From positions 5,332,001-5,396,000 of the forward strand of contig NC_135830.1 of the NCBI RefSeq assembly GCF_964213995.1: a stretch of DNA of 64,000 bases, in the 5' to 3' direction. Position numbers and translations under genes: made by a program. Below, one piece after another: positions 46,673 through 59,074 of the stretch. This DNA is from Mustelus asterias. Taxonomy: Eukaryota. Below the pieces are notes generated by a model. That model was not told where the DNA came from and ran no database searches. It was given only the letters and a program-made list of their open reading frames with translations. How positions within the stretch are numbered: position 1 is the stretch's first letter; the number at the start of each line of letters is the position of its first letter.

Positions 46673-47345
46673 GATTGAACTAAAAATATATTTAATGGAT
46701 AGGATGGCTCCAGTTGGTGAAGATACAGGGGGTTGCGATTGATGATGATCTTGAACTTGCTGCCTGTGGGGGTAGTCAAGCAGAGATGATCAATAATTTC
46801 TAAATGAGATTGGATGTGTGCTGCAGGGTTACAGAATGGGACCCACTCCAGACGGACAGAATTGCTCGACAGACAGTTTATAGTTTATTTTTGATAATTT
46901 ATTAATTAGTGTCACAAGGATGCTGACATTAACACTGCAATGAAGTCACTGTGAAAATCATGACAAACTATGAAATTACTGTGAGAGTCGGTATGGACTC
47001 GAGTTATCCAATGGACTCTTTCTGTGCTGGAATGACTCTATGACTGGAAATATATAACGTAGCTACAGGACTATATTACAAGACTGGAAATAATAAATGC
47101 ATTTATTACAGGACCAGAAGTAAATCTGTCCCATATAATAACACCAGAGACTGTCTCTGCTCAAGTTTAGCTTCTGCTCGAGTTTAAAAGAGTAAGAGGC
47201 AACTTAATTTAAACCTTCAAGATTCTGAAAGGTCTTGGATGTGGAGAGGATGTTTACTCTTATGGGAGAATCTCGGGGTCACTGTTTAAAAAAGTGTTGT
47301 AACAACACCAGGTTAAAGTCCAACAGGTTTATTTGGTAGCAAATA

Positions 47346-47382
47346 CCATAAGCTTTCGGAGCGCTGCTCCTTCGTCAGATGG
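47346..47382 (-). ncRNA. Minimal hammerhead ribozyme
   Basis: Reverse strand CCAT-CTGACGA-A-GGAGC AGC GCTCC-GAAA-GC-TT-ATGG. Confidence 0.78.
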
Positions 47383-47774
47383 AGTGGAAATCTGCTCTCA
47401 AACAGTGCACAGCAGTCACGGGCATTCAGCCTCGGATCTTCAGGTAAGCGTTCTCCAAGGCGGCCTTCACGACACACGACAGCGCAGAGTCGCTGAGCAG
47501 AAACTGATAGCCAAGTTCCACACACATGAGGACGGCCTAAACCGGAATGTTGGATTTATGTCACATTATCAGTAACCCCCACAGCTTGCTTCCTGGACTT
47601 GCAGGCTGTCCTGTCTGGAGACAATACACATCTCTTGAACCTGTGCTTAATGCTCCCTCCACCCACATTGTCTGTATCTTTAAGACCTGGCTGGCTGTAG
47701 GGATTCGCATTCTAATCAGTATTCTGTAACTTGATTTTGTGTCTCTGTGCCCTGTTTGAGAGCACATTTCCACT

Positions 47775-47811
47775 CCATCTGACGAAGGAGCAGCGCTCCG
47801 AAAGCTAATGG
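47775..47811 (+). ncRNA. Minimal hammerhead ribozyme
   Basis: CCAT-CTGACGA-A-GGAGC AGC GCTCC-GAAA-GC-TA-ATGG; predicted cleavage after 47807. Confidence 0.8.
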
Positions 47812-48260
47812 TATTTGCTACCAAATAAACCTGTTGGACTTTAACCTGGTGTTGTGAGACTTCTTACCCTGTTCACCCCAGTCCAACGCCGGCATCTCCA
47901 CATCATAAAAAAGTGTTGCCCATTGAAGACAGAGATGAGGAGATTTTTTTTCACTCAGAGAGTCTTGAATCTTTGGAACTCCCTTCCTCAAAAGTAGAAG
48001 TAGAGTCTGATTTCAATAAGGAATTAGATACATTTCTTGGGGATCAAGAGATACGGGGGGTGGGGGTGAGGGGGAGGTGGGATTACGATATTGAATTTGA
48101 TGATCAGCCATGACCATAATGAACGGCGGAGCAGGCTCGAAGGGCCGAATGGCCTACTCCCCACTTCTATTTTCTAGTATGTTTCTATGTAAACATGAGG
48201 AGCCTGGGGCTGAAGTGTAACCAAATTCTTTGCCACCGCTTCAGGCAACTTCTCTCACTG

Positions 48261-50300
48261 AAACATAGAATCTAGAAGTGGGGGTAGGTCATTCAGCCCT
48301 TCGAGCTTGCTCCGCCATTCATTATGGTCATGGTTGATCATCAAATTCAATATCCTAATCCCCCCCGCCCACCCCACTCCCGTTCCCCCATTCCCTTGAT
48401 CTATATTCTGTGGCCTTAACTACTTTCTGTGGTAGTGAATTCCACACATTCACCACTCTCTGGGTGAAGAAATTTCTCCTCACCTCAGTTCTAAAAGGTT
48501 TACCCCTTATCCTCAAACTATGACTCCGAGTTCTGGACTCCCCCCACCATTGGGAACATTCTTTCTGTATCTACCCTGTCTAACCCTGTTACAATTTTAT
48601 AAGTTTCTATGAGATCCCCTCTCTCTCTTCCAAACTCCAGTGAATATAATCTTAACCAATTTAGTTTCTCCTCATATGACAGACTTGCCATCCCAGGAAT
48701 CAGCCTGGTAAACCTTCGCTGCACTCCCTCTATAACAAGGACATCCTTCCTCAGATAAGGACACCAAAACTGTACACAATACTCCAGGTGTGGCCTCACC
48801 AACGCCCTATACAACTGCAGCAAAACATCCCTATCCCAATACTCAAATCCTCTTGCTATGAAGGCCTACATATCATTTGCCTTCTTTACTGCCTACTGTA
48901 CCTACGCACTTACTTTCAACGACTGATCCACGAGGAATCCAACATCTTGTTGAGTATACACCTCCCTCAATTTACACCTATTCAAGTAATAATCTGTCTT
49001 CCTATTATTGCTACCAAAGTGGATAATCTCACATTTATCCACATTATACTGCATCTGCAATGCTGATGCCCACACACTCAGCCTGTCCAAATCACGCTAA
49101 AGCATCTCTGCAGCCTCCTCACAGCTCACCCTCCCACCCAACTTTGTATTATCTGCAAATTTGGAAATAATACATTCAGTTTCCTCTTCCAAATCATTAA
49201 TATATAATGTGAATAGTTGGGGTCCTCGCACAGATCCCTGCCGAACCCCATTAGTTACTGACTGCCAATCAGAAAAAGACTCATTTATGCCAACTCTTCG
49301 CTTCCTATCTGCTAACCAGCTTTCTATCCATCTCAAGACATTACCAGCAATCCTACGTGCTTTAACTTTACATAGTAGTCTGTTATGTGAGACCTTGTCG
49401 AAAGCCTTCTGAAAGTCTAAATAAACCACATCCACTGGTTCTCTTCGGCCAACTCAACTACTTAGATCCTCATAAAATTCCAATAGATTCATCAAACATG
49501 ATTTCCTTTTTGTAAATTCATGCTGTCTTTGTCTGATTATACCACTGTCTTCCAAATTCTGAGTTGTGAAATCTTTGATAATAGGCACCAGCAACTTCCC
49601 CAGTACCAATGTTAGGCTCACTGGTCTATAGTTCCCTGTTTTCTCTCTCCCACCCTTTTTGAATAGTGGGCTTACACTAGCTACCCTCCAATCTGTAGGA
49701 ACTATTCCAGCGTCCAAAGAATTTTGGAAAATAACCACCAATGGATTTACTATTTCCAGGGCCACTTCCTTAAGTACTCTGGGATGAAGATTATCTGGAC
49801 CTGGAGATTTATCCACCTTCAATCCCATCAATTTCCCCAAAACTATGTCTCTACTAATGCTGATTTCCTTCAGCCCCTGACTAAAACATCTTTCTCTCAG
49901 CACTTCTGGCACATTATTCACGTCTTCCTTTGTGAAGACTGAAGCAAAGTACAAATTTAATCCCTCAGCCATTTCTTTATTCCCCGTTATGAATTCTCCC
50001 ATTTTTAACATTTGTTTTTGTTAATCTTTTACATATCTATAGAAACTTTTACAGTCAGTTTTTATGTTCCCTGCTACCTTACTTTCATACTCCATTTTTC
50101 CCTTCTTAATCAATCCCTTGGTCCTCCTTTGCTGAATTTTAAACTGCTCCCAATCCTCGGATCTATTGCTTTTTCTTGCCGATTTGTAAGCTTCTTCCTT
50201 GAATCTGATACGACCTCTAATTTCCCTTGTAAGCCATGGCTTGGCCACAATTCCCTTACCACTCTTGCGCGAAACAGGAATAAACAACTTCTGGAGTGTG
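48261..50300 (-). mobile_element. Older degenerate CR1 (RT region)
   Basis: Several frameshifted ORF2 pieces (DKSPGPD, NYRPVSL, KAFDKV, KFADN, LVRPHLEYC) and tail. Confidence 0.9.
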
Positions 50301-50399
50301 TACATGGCCCATGGATTCCTCAAGGCTGCAAACATTAGCTGCAGCCTGGGAGTGGGTGAAGCTGTTTAAAACCTGTTGCTCGGTTTGCTCTGCGTCCGG

Positions 50400-50830
50400 G
50401 CACTAGGACCCAGTTGGGAGCAGAAAACGCTGAAGCCCCACCCACTCACTGTTGCGTCACCAAGATCCCAGCGCATGCGCTCCGCTCCCTGCTGAATCAA
50501 GATGGCGGCTGTTAACCTGAGTCTTGTCCCGGGAAAAAGACCCAAAACTGCAAACACAGGACCTGCGGATTACTATTCGAGGTTTGAGACCTTCACCGGA
50601 TATTTAGAAACCCTCTCCGTCCATCTGCCGGTTCCAATCCTCCCTCCATGTGTCCGCATCCTTACCGGTTGCTGATGAGACAGAGGAATGTCTCTCCCCA
50701 TTGCCATCATCCATGCTGCGCATGCGCCAAACACTGCTTCACTGCGCATGCACAACCCTCCCGTGCTGAGGATAGGGGACATTCCCCACCGCGAAGAATG
50801 GTGGGTAAAGCGCACGCCATCGAAACTCCT
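50400..50830 (-). promoter_or_regulatory. CpG-rich promoter and non-coding first exon, probably of ZNF-F
   Basis: GCGCATGCGC at 50471 and 50718, CACTGCGCATGC at 50740, YY1 AAGATGGCGGC at 50499, minus-strand donor CCG|GTAAGG at 50665. Confidence 0.65.
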
Positions 50831-51696
50831 CATTTATGAACAGTAAGTTTTTTTGCTGCGATGTGAAAATTAGGGATAGGGTTGAAGTCAATAACATTAG
50901 GAATCAAATTATACTGTAATCTAAGTACTCAAGGCATCCATTATCCACCAGAAAATTGGAGAATGAAAATTCTCGACCAAAGTATCTGAAATTGATACAT
51001 AATGAGAGGGAAGTCGATCTGTATCTTTAATGAACATCAACACGCAAAAGTGGAACTCGACGACTTTTAAACAGCTCGCCCTCTTGACACAGAAGTGTCA
51101 TAATGGGAAATGTGTGTGATGGATAGAGCGGTTTCTGGGGCACAGGGGATTGTGGGATCCATGGCCCCATTAAACAGCAGCTATTGGTATGTGTTTTATT
51201 AGAGAAGCGTCAGTGACTGCAAACATTGACTCTGTTTCTGTCTCCATAGATGCTGTCTAACCTGATGAGTATTTACAACGTTTTTTCTTTTCATTTCAGA
51301 TTTCCAGCAGTTGCAGTGTTTTGATTTTGTTTAGTTGAAGGCATTGCTCATGGAACCGAGTCTAGAAACAAACGGACCATTTAAAACTGTGTTTCAAGTA
51401 AGGAAAAGGGATTTTCATTAAATTTTCATTTAGAAATTTTTCAAATTAATAACTGGAACATGGACATTACTAGAATTACCAGCAACTGGCTAAACCTCCT
51501 TTGACAGCAGCTTCCAAAACTGCACACCTCTTCTCCAACATGGATAAGGACAGTTTGTGCATGGAAACCCCACTACCTGCATTTACTCTTCAGAATCACA
51601 CACTATTCTGACTTGGTAGTTTACTGCTCTGCCTTCACAATCACTCGGCCAAAATCCTAAAACTTATTTCCTAGCAACACAGTACAGTGACACAAG

Positions 51697-51885
51697 GTGG
51701 CACCGTGGTAAGCACTGGCGTCTTACAACACCAGGGACCTGGCTTCAATTCCAGGTTTGGGTGACTGTGTGGAGTTTGCACATTCTCCCTGTGAGTACAT
51801 GAGGTTCCTTCGGGTACTCCGGTTTCCTCCCACACCCCAACGCTGTGCAGATTAGGTGGATTGGCCACGTTAAATTGCCTCTTAA
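51697..51885 (+). mobile_element. V-SINE, 3'-truncated
   Basis: tRNA head plus V-domain. Confidence 0.75.
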
Positions 51886-51984
51886 ATGCAGGAAGTTACA
51901 GGTTGCCTCAGTTGTCTCAGATTAGAAGCGATATTTGGAGGTGATAGTTTTCCTGCATCCTTTGAGTTGCTGAAGGTTGTGGTT

Positions 51985-52200
51985 TGGCATCACGGTGTAA
52001 ATGGTCCGTGCGTTTGGTGTCATGGTGTAGGTGGTCCCTGGATTTGGTGTCACGGTGTAGATGGTCCCTGGATTTGGTGTCACGGTGTAGGTGGTCCCTG
52101 GATTTGGTGTCACGGTGTAGGTGGTCCCTGGATTTGGTGTCTCAGTGTAAATGGTCTCTGGATTTAGTGTCTGAATTTAACTGGTCCTTAATTTAGTGTC
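51985..52200. repeat. 30-bp tandem minisatellite, about 7 copies
   Basis: Unit TGGTGTCACGGTGTAGGTGGTCCCTGGATT. Confidence 0.92.
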
Positions 52201-52302
52201 TGTGTGTAAGTGGTTGGATTGGATGTCACTGTGTATTCATGTCACAGTGGAAACGTTCTGTCCACATCTACCTGTCCATCCCATTTGAAGGTCTGTATCA
52301 GA

Positions 52303-52537
52303 AGAATCATAGAATCCCTGTAGTGTAGAAGGAGGCCATTCATCCCATCGAGTCTGCACTGACTCTGCAAAGGAGCATCTTACACACGCACACCCCCAGC
52401 AACCCCACACATTTACCTAGACATCTTTTGACAGTGGGAGGAGGCCAGAGCATCTGGAGAAAGCCTGTGCAGTTACAGGGGGAATGTGCAAACTCCACAC
52501 AGACAGTGAGGCAGCAGTGCTAACCACTCTGCCACCC
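52303..52537 (-). mobile_element. Degenerate V-SINE
   Basis: Tail GAATCATAGAATCCCTG and core CAAACTCCACACAGACAGTGA. Confidence 0.7.
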
Positions 52538-53543
52538 TGGAGAGATGAACCTTTCTTTAGTTTGAGATTGCTGCATGTAAATCCTCCCCTTCTAACCCCC
52601 AGTAAAAGGAGTTTCCAAAATCCATCCAGGATAGAAATTCACAACATTCTCTCCTCCTGCTCCAGCTTTGCCACTGGGATAATTCCCCTCGTGTCTCATT
52701 TGGGGTTTGAGGTTTACACAATATGTTTCCAGAGAATCTCCGGCCACCCACCAGATCCATTGCTCCCGCCATCCCCTCTTTTACCCATCGTGGATCCGAG
52801 AGAGAAATGTCTGTTCATAGTCATGGCTGACACTGCGGATGCTCCAAACACAGGGCAGAACCAGGCCTGCCCACTGCTCTCCTGAGCCGTGGAAAGGGGA
52901 TACTCTCAACCATGGGGAATGCTGGGTAAAAACACCATCATTGATGGTCCCAATTAAATAGCGAGAGAATCCAGAGGAAGATGCAGGTTCAGGGCCCAGA
53001 TAACAAGGAACTTTAGAGGCAATTTTTTTCTGGTGGGCTATTGAAGGTAGTAGACGTCGTTCGTTGGATGCTCTCGATCTTAAAGAAGCTCTATGAGCTG
53101 CTTACACTTGTTATTGGAAGTGAGGATGCAGGAAAGAGGGAATGGGCAGAGCACCTCAAAAATTCCTAACATACTAGACATATCAAGAAGATTGTCACTC
53201 TGCTTAACATAAAGCTGATTTATTTAACTTTTAACCAGAAGATTAAAAACATACAACTGGCCTGGAGTTTATCATCAGCAGTAGAAACAGACCCCAAAGA
53301 ATATGATTCAGTCCTGGCTGTGATTAAAAGTAAAATACAATCAATGTAGTTATTTCTGAAATCACTGGGTCTCAGGTAGATAAATCTGCGGGACCTGATG
53401 AGGTATATTCAGTGGAGTGTGTGGGAAGCAGAGTGTGAGCTATAAGACTTTGGCTCACAGGTTTTAGGCTGAAAGGGCGAGCAGGGGTGAGTTGAATTCA
53501 TTTTTGCACTTTCTACCTGGTACTGGCAAGGTATCTAGAGGGG

Positions 53544-54470
53544 ATGGGTGTGCAGGCAGTGCAATGTTCCTCTTGCACTATGTTTGAGGTGAGGGACGAC
53601 GACAGTGTCCCTACTGATTACACCTGTGGGAAGTGCACCCATCTGCAGCTCCTCCAAAACCGTGTTAGGGAACTGGAGCTGGAGTTGGATGAACTTAGGA
53701 TCATCAGGGACGCAGAGATGGCCATAGACACAAGCTTTAGGAATACAGTTACTCCGAGGATTGAAAGCAGATGGGTGACGGTGAGAGGGGCTGGGAGGAA
53801 GCAGTCCGTGCAGGGATCCCCGGTGGTCGTTCCCCTTAGCAACAAGTATTCCGCTTTGGATACGGTTGAGGGGGATGACATACCAGTGGGGAGCCGCAGT
53901 GAGAGGATCTCCAGCACTGTGTCCGTCTCTGTGGCTCGGGAGGGAAAGGGGGAGAGCGGGAGGGCGATAGTTATTGGGGACTCGTTAGTTAGAGGGATAG
54001 ATAGGAGGTTCTGTGGCAGCAAAAGAGACTCACGGATGGTATGTTGCCTACCGGATGCCAAGGTCCGTGATGTCTCAGACCGTGTTTTCCAGATTCTGAA
54101 GGGGGAGGGGAAACAGTCACAAGTCGTGGTGCACATTGGTACCAATGACATAGGTAAGAGAAGGGACGGGGATTTAAAGCAGGAATTTCTGGAGCTGGGC
54201 TGGAAGCTGAGAGCCAAGACGAAACATGTGGTCATCTCTGGTACGTTGCCGGTACCACGTGATAGCGAGTTGAGGAACAGGGAGAGAGTGCAGTTAAATA
54301 TGTGGTTGCAGGGATGGTGTAGGAGGGAGGGTTTCAGATACGTGGATAATTGGAACACGTTCTGGGGAAGGTGGGACCTGTACAAACAGGACGGGGTGCA
54401 CCTGAACCAGAGGGGCACCAATATCCTCGGAGGGAAATTTGTTACGGCTCTTCAGGGGGGTTTAAACTAA
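53544..54470 (+). CDS. CR1 ORF1 protein (zinc finger/leucine zipper plus SGNH esterase)
   Basis: 308 aa intact; GDSL, GTND and DGVH motifs. Confidence 0.92.
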   Translation: MGVQAVQCSSCTMFEVRDDDSVPTDYTCGKCTHLQLLQNRVRELELELDELRIIRDAEMAIDTSFRNTVTPRIESRWVTVRGAGRKQSVQGSPVVVPLSNKYSALDTVEGDDIPVGSRSERISSTVSVSVAREGKGESGRAIVIGDSLVRGIDRRFCGSKRDSRMVCCLPDAKVRDVSDRVFQILKGEGKQSQVVVHIGTNDIGKRRDGDLKQEFLELGWKLRAKTKHVVISGTLPVPRDSELRNRERVQLNMWLQGWCRREGFRYVDNWNTFWGRWDLYKQDGVHLNQRGTNILGGKFVTALQGGLN

Positions 54471-57364
54471 TTTGTCAGGGGAGTGGGAAAGGGAGTTGTA
54501 GTCCAGAAGTCAGTGAGGGTGGTGAGGTATTGGGGAAGGTATCAGGGTCAAGGGTGGGTACTGGTAGACAGGAAGGTGGGTTGAAGTGTGTCTACTTCAA
54601 TGCAAGGAGCATCCGGAACAAGGTAGATGAACTTGGGGCGTGGATTGGTACTTGGGACGACGATGTTGTGGCCATTACGGAGACGTGGGTAGAACAAGGA
54701 CAGGAATGGTTGTTGGACGTTCCGGGGTATAGATGTTTCACTAAGTGTAGGGAAGCTGGTAAAAGAGGTGGAGGAGTGGCATTGTTAATCAAGGATTGTT
54801 TAACGGCTGCGGAAAGGCACTTCGTGGGGGATCTGCACACTGAGGTAATATGGGCTGAAGTTAGAAATAGGAAAGGAGCGGTCACGTTGCTAGGAGTTTA
54901 CTATAGGCCCCCAAATAGTAATAGAGATGTGGAGGAAGAAATTGCTAAGCAGATTATGGATATGTGTGGGGGTCACAGGGTAGTTGTCATGGGGGACTTT
55001 AACTTTCCAAATATTGATTGGAACCTTTGTAGGTCAAATAGTTTGGATGGGGCAGTTTTTGTGCAGTGTGTGCGGGAGGGTTTCCTGACACAATATGTGG
55101 ATGGGCCGACTGGAGGTGAGGCCACATTGGATTTGGTACTGGGAAATGAACCGGGCCAAGTGTTAGTTTTGGTTGTGGAAGAGCAATTTGGAGATAGTGA
55201 CCACAATTCGGTGTCTTTTGTTATTGCAATGGAGAGGGATAGGGCCGTACGGCAGGGCAAGGTTTACAATTGGGGGAGGGGTAATTATGATGCGATTAGG
55301 CAAGAATTAGGGAGCATAAGTTGGGAACAGAAACTGTCAGAGAAAGGAACTAATGAAAAGTGGAACTTTTTCAAGGAACAAATACTGGATGTCCTTGATA
55401 GGTATGTTCCTGTCAGGCAGGGAGGAAATGGCCGAGTGAGGGAACCATGGTTCACAAAAGAGGTGGAATGTCTTGTGAAAAGGAAGAGGGAAGCTTATGT
55501 AGGGATGAGGAAACAAGGTTCAGATGGCTCGATTGAGGGTTACAAGTTAGCAAGGAATGAGCTGAAAAAGGGGCTTTGGAGAGCTAGGAGGGGACATGAG
55601 AAGTCCTTGGCGGGTCGGATCAAGGAAAACCCCAAGGCTTTTTACTCTTATGTGAGGAATAAAAGAATGACCAGGGTGAGGTTAGGGCCGGTCAAGGACA
55701 GTAGTGGGAACTTGTGTATGGAGGCAGTAGAGATAGGCGAGGTGATGAATGAATACTTTTCTTCAGTGTTCACCAAGGAGAGGGGCCATGTTTTTGAGGA
55801 AGAGAAGGTGTTACAGGCTAATAGGCTGGAGGAAATAGATGTTCGGAGGGAGGATGTCTTGGCAGTTTTGAATAAACTGAAGGTCGATAAGTCCCCTGTG
55901 CCTGATTAAATGTATCCTAGGATTCTGTGGGAGGCAAGGGATGAGATTGCAGAGCCTTTGGCGTTGATCTTTGGGTCCTCGCTGTCCACGGGGATGGTGC
56001 CAGAGGACTGGAGAATGGCGAATGTTGTTCCTCTGTTTAAGAAAGGGAATAGAAATGACCCTGGTAATTATAGGCCGGTTAGTCTTACTTCGGTGGTTGG
56101 TAAATTGATGGAAAGGGTCCTTAGGGATGGGATTTACGACCATTTAGAAAGATGCGGATTAATCCGAGATAGTCAGCACGGATTCGTGAAGGGCAAGTCG
56201 TGCCTCACAAATTTGATAGAATTTTTTGAGGAGGTAACTAAGTGTGTTGATGAAGGTAGGGCAGTTGATGTCATATACATGGATTTTAGTAAGGCGTTTG
56301 ATAAGGTCCCCCATGGTCGGCTTATGATGAAAGTGAGGAGGTGTGGGATAGAGGGAAAGTTGGCCGATTGGATAGGTAACTGGCTGTCTGACCGAAGACA
56401 GAGGGTGGTGGTCGATGGAAAATTTTCGGATTGGAGGCAGGTTGCTAGCGGTGTGCCGCAGGGATCAGTGCTTGGTCCTCTGCTCTTTGTGATTTTTATT
56501 AATGACTTAGAGGAGGGGGCTGAAGGGTGGATCAGTAAATTTGCTGATGACACCAAGATTGGTGGAGTAGTGGATGAGGTGGAGGGCTGTTGTAGGCTGC
56601 AAAGAGACATAGATAGGATGCAAAGCTGGGCTGAAAAATGGCAAATGGAGTTTAACCCTGATAAATGTGAGGTGATTCATTTTGGTAGGACTAATTTAAA
56701 TGTGGATTACAGGGTCAAAAGTAGGGTTCTGAAGACTGTGGAGGAACAGAGAGATCTTGGGGTCCATATCCACAGATCTCTAAAGGTTGCCACTCAAGTG
56801 GATAGAGCTGTGAAGAAGGCCTATAGTGTGTTAGCTTTTATTAACAGGGGGTTGGAGTTTAAGAGCCGTGGGGTTATGCTGCAACTGTACAGGACTTTGG
56901 TGAGACCACATTTGGAATATTGTGTGCAGTTCTGGTCACCTCACTATAAGAAGGATGTGGAAGCGCTGGAAAGAGTTCAGAGGAGATTTACCAGGATGCT
57001 GCCTGGTTTGGAGGGTAGGTCATATGAGGAAAGGTTGAGGGAGCTAGGGCTGTTCTCTCTGGAGCGGAGGAGGCTGAGGGGAGACTTAATAGAGGTGTAT
57101 AAAATGATGAAGGGGATAGATAGAGTGAACGTTCAAAGACTATTTCCTCGGGTGGATGGAGCTATTACAAGGGGGCATAACTATAGGGTTCGTGGTGGGA
57201 GATACAGGACGGATATCAGAGGTAGGTTCTTTACGCAGAGAGTGGTTGGGGTGTGGAATGGACTGCCTGCAGTGATAGTGGAGTCAGACACTTTAGGAAC
57301 ATTTAAGCGGTTATTGGATAGGCACATGGAGCACACCAGGATGATAGGGAGTGGGATAGCTTGA
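54461..57364 (+). pseudogene. CR1 ORF2 (APE plus RT), single nonsense codon
   Basis: One in-frame TAA at 55907-55909 (GAA in the sister copy); otherwise open. Confidence 0.92.
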
Positions 57365-59074
57365 TCTTGGTTTCAGATAAAGCTCGGCACAACATCGTGG
57401 GCCGAAGGGCCTGTTCTGTGCTGTACTGTTCTATGTTCTATGTTCTATATTCCAGGATGTTGTGGGAGGCTAGGGAGGAAATTGCGGGTCCCCCAGCCAA
57501 AATATTTGAATGATCGATAGTCACAGGTGAAGTGCCTGAAGATTGGAGGGTGGCAAATGTTGCGCCTTTGTTTAAAAAGGGCTGCAGGGAAAAGCCTGGG
57601 AACTACAGGCCAGTTAGCCTCACATCTATGGTGGGTAAATTATTGGAAGGTATTTTGAGAGACAGGATCTACAGGCATTTAGAGATGCAAGGACTGATTA
57701 GGGACAGTCAGCATGCCTTTGTGAGTGGAAAATCATGTTTCACAAATTTAATTGAGTTTTTTGAAGGGGTAACCAAGAAGGTAGATGAGGGCAGTGCAGT
57801 TGATGTTGTCTACATGGACTTTAGCAAGGCCTTTGACAAGGTACCGCATGGTAGGTTGTTGCATAAAGTTAAATCTCACAGGATCCAGGTTGAGGTATCT
57901 AAATGGATACAAAATTGGCTTCTGTTAGTTGGAGAGAGTTGTTTTTCAAACTGGAGGCCTGTGACCAGCGGTGTGCCTCAGGGATCAGTGCTGGGCCCAC
58001 TGTTATTTGTCATTTATATTAATGATTTGGATGAGAATATAGGGGGCATGGTTAGTAAGTTTGCAGATGACACCAAGATTGCTGGCATGGTGGACAGTGA
58101 GGAAGGTTATCTCCAATTGCAGCGGGATCTTGATCAATTGGGCCAGTGGGCTGACGAATGGCAGATGGAGTTTAATTTAGACAAATGCGAGGTGATGCAT
58201 TTTGGTAGATTGAACCAGGGCAGGACTTACTCAGATAATGGTAGGGCATTGGGGAGTTACAGAACAAAGAGATCGAGGGGTACATGTTCATAGCTCCTTG
58301 AAAGTTGAGTCACAGATGGACAGAGTGGTGAAGAAGGCATTCGGCACGTTTGGTTTCATCGGTCAGAACATTGAATACAGGAGTTGGGACGTCTTTTTGA
58401 AGTTATACAAGACATTGCTAAGGCCACACTTGGAATACTGTGTGCAATTCTGGTCACCCTATTATAGAAACGATATTATTAAACTAGAAAGAGTGCAGAA
58501 AAGATTTACTCGGATGCTACCGGGACTTGATGGATTGAGTTATAAGGAGAGGCTGAATAGACTGGGACTTTTTTCTCTGGAGCGTAGGAGGCTGAGGGGT
58601 GACCTTATAGAAGTCTATAAAATAATGAGGGGCATAGACAAGGTAGATAGTCAATATATTTTCCCAAAGGTAGGGGAGTCTAAAACTAGAGGGCATAGGT
58701 TTAAGGGGAGAGATACAAAAGTGTCCAGTGGGGCAATTTTTTCACACAGAGGGTGGTGAGTGTCTGGAACAAGCTACCAGGATGTCGCTAGTCGCGTCCC
58801 GGAAATCCTGAGGTGGGAGGGAGAGAAGCCTGAGGTAGCGGTACATATTGGTACCGCTGATGTGGGTAGGAAGGGAGAAGGGGTCATGAAAAGGGAGTAC
58901 AGGGAATTAGGGAGACAGCTGAGAAAGAGGAAAGCAAAGGTAGTAATCTCAGGATTACTGCCTGTGCCACGGGAAGGTGAGGGCAGGAATGGAGTGAGGT
59001 GGAGGATGAATGTGTGGCTGAGGGAGTGGTGCAGGGGGCAGGGATTCAGGTTCCTGGACCATTGGGACCTCTTT

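Larger units (their letters stand above)
47300..47905 (+). mobile_element. 5'-truncated Penelope-like element with inverted terminal repeat and GIY-YIG C-terminus
   Basis: HGHSASDLQVSVLQ..RRVAEQKLIAKFHTHEDGLNRNVGF; 47300-47412 is an inverted copy of about 47745-47855; 13-bp TSD TAAAAAAGTGTTG at 47287-47299 and 47906-47918. Confidence 0.9.
47165..48190 (+). mobile_element. Old CR1 3' fragment split by a Penelope insertion
   Basis: Degenerate RT C-terminus is continuous across 47299/47919; CR1 tail at 48140-48190. Confidence 0.65.
53411..57445 (+). mobile_element. Near-full-length CR1 LINE (family A)
   Basis: Sister of 39887-44116; TSD TATATTC at 53404-53410 and 57446-57452; (TTCTATG)n tail. 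Confidence 0.95.

Noticed and set aside
53618-54421. Long antisense ORFs over CR1 and ZNF coding regions
   Set aside because: Shadow frames of genuine coding strands, with no independent motifs.
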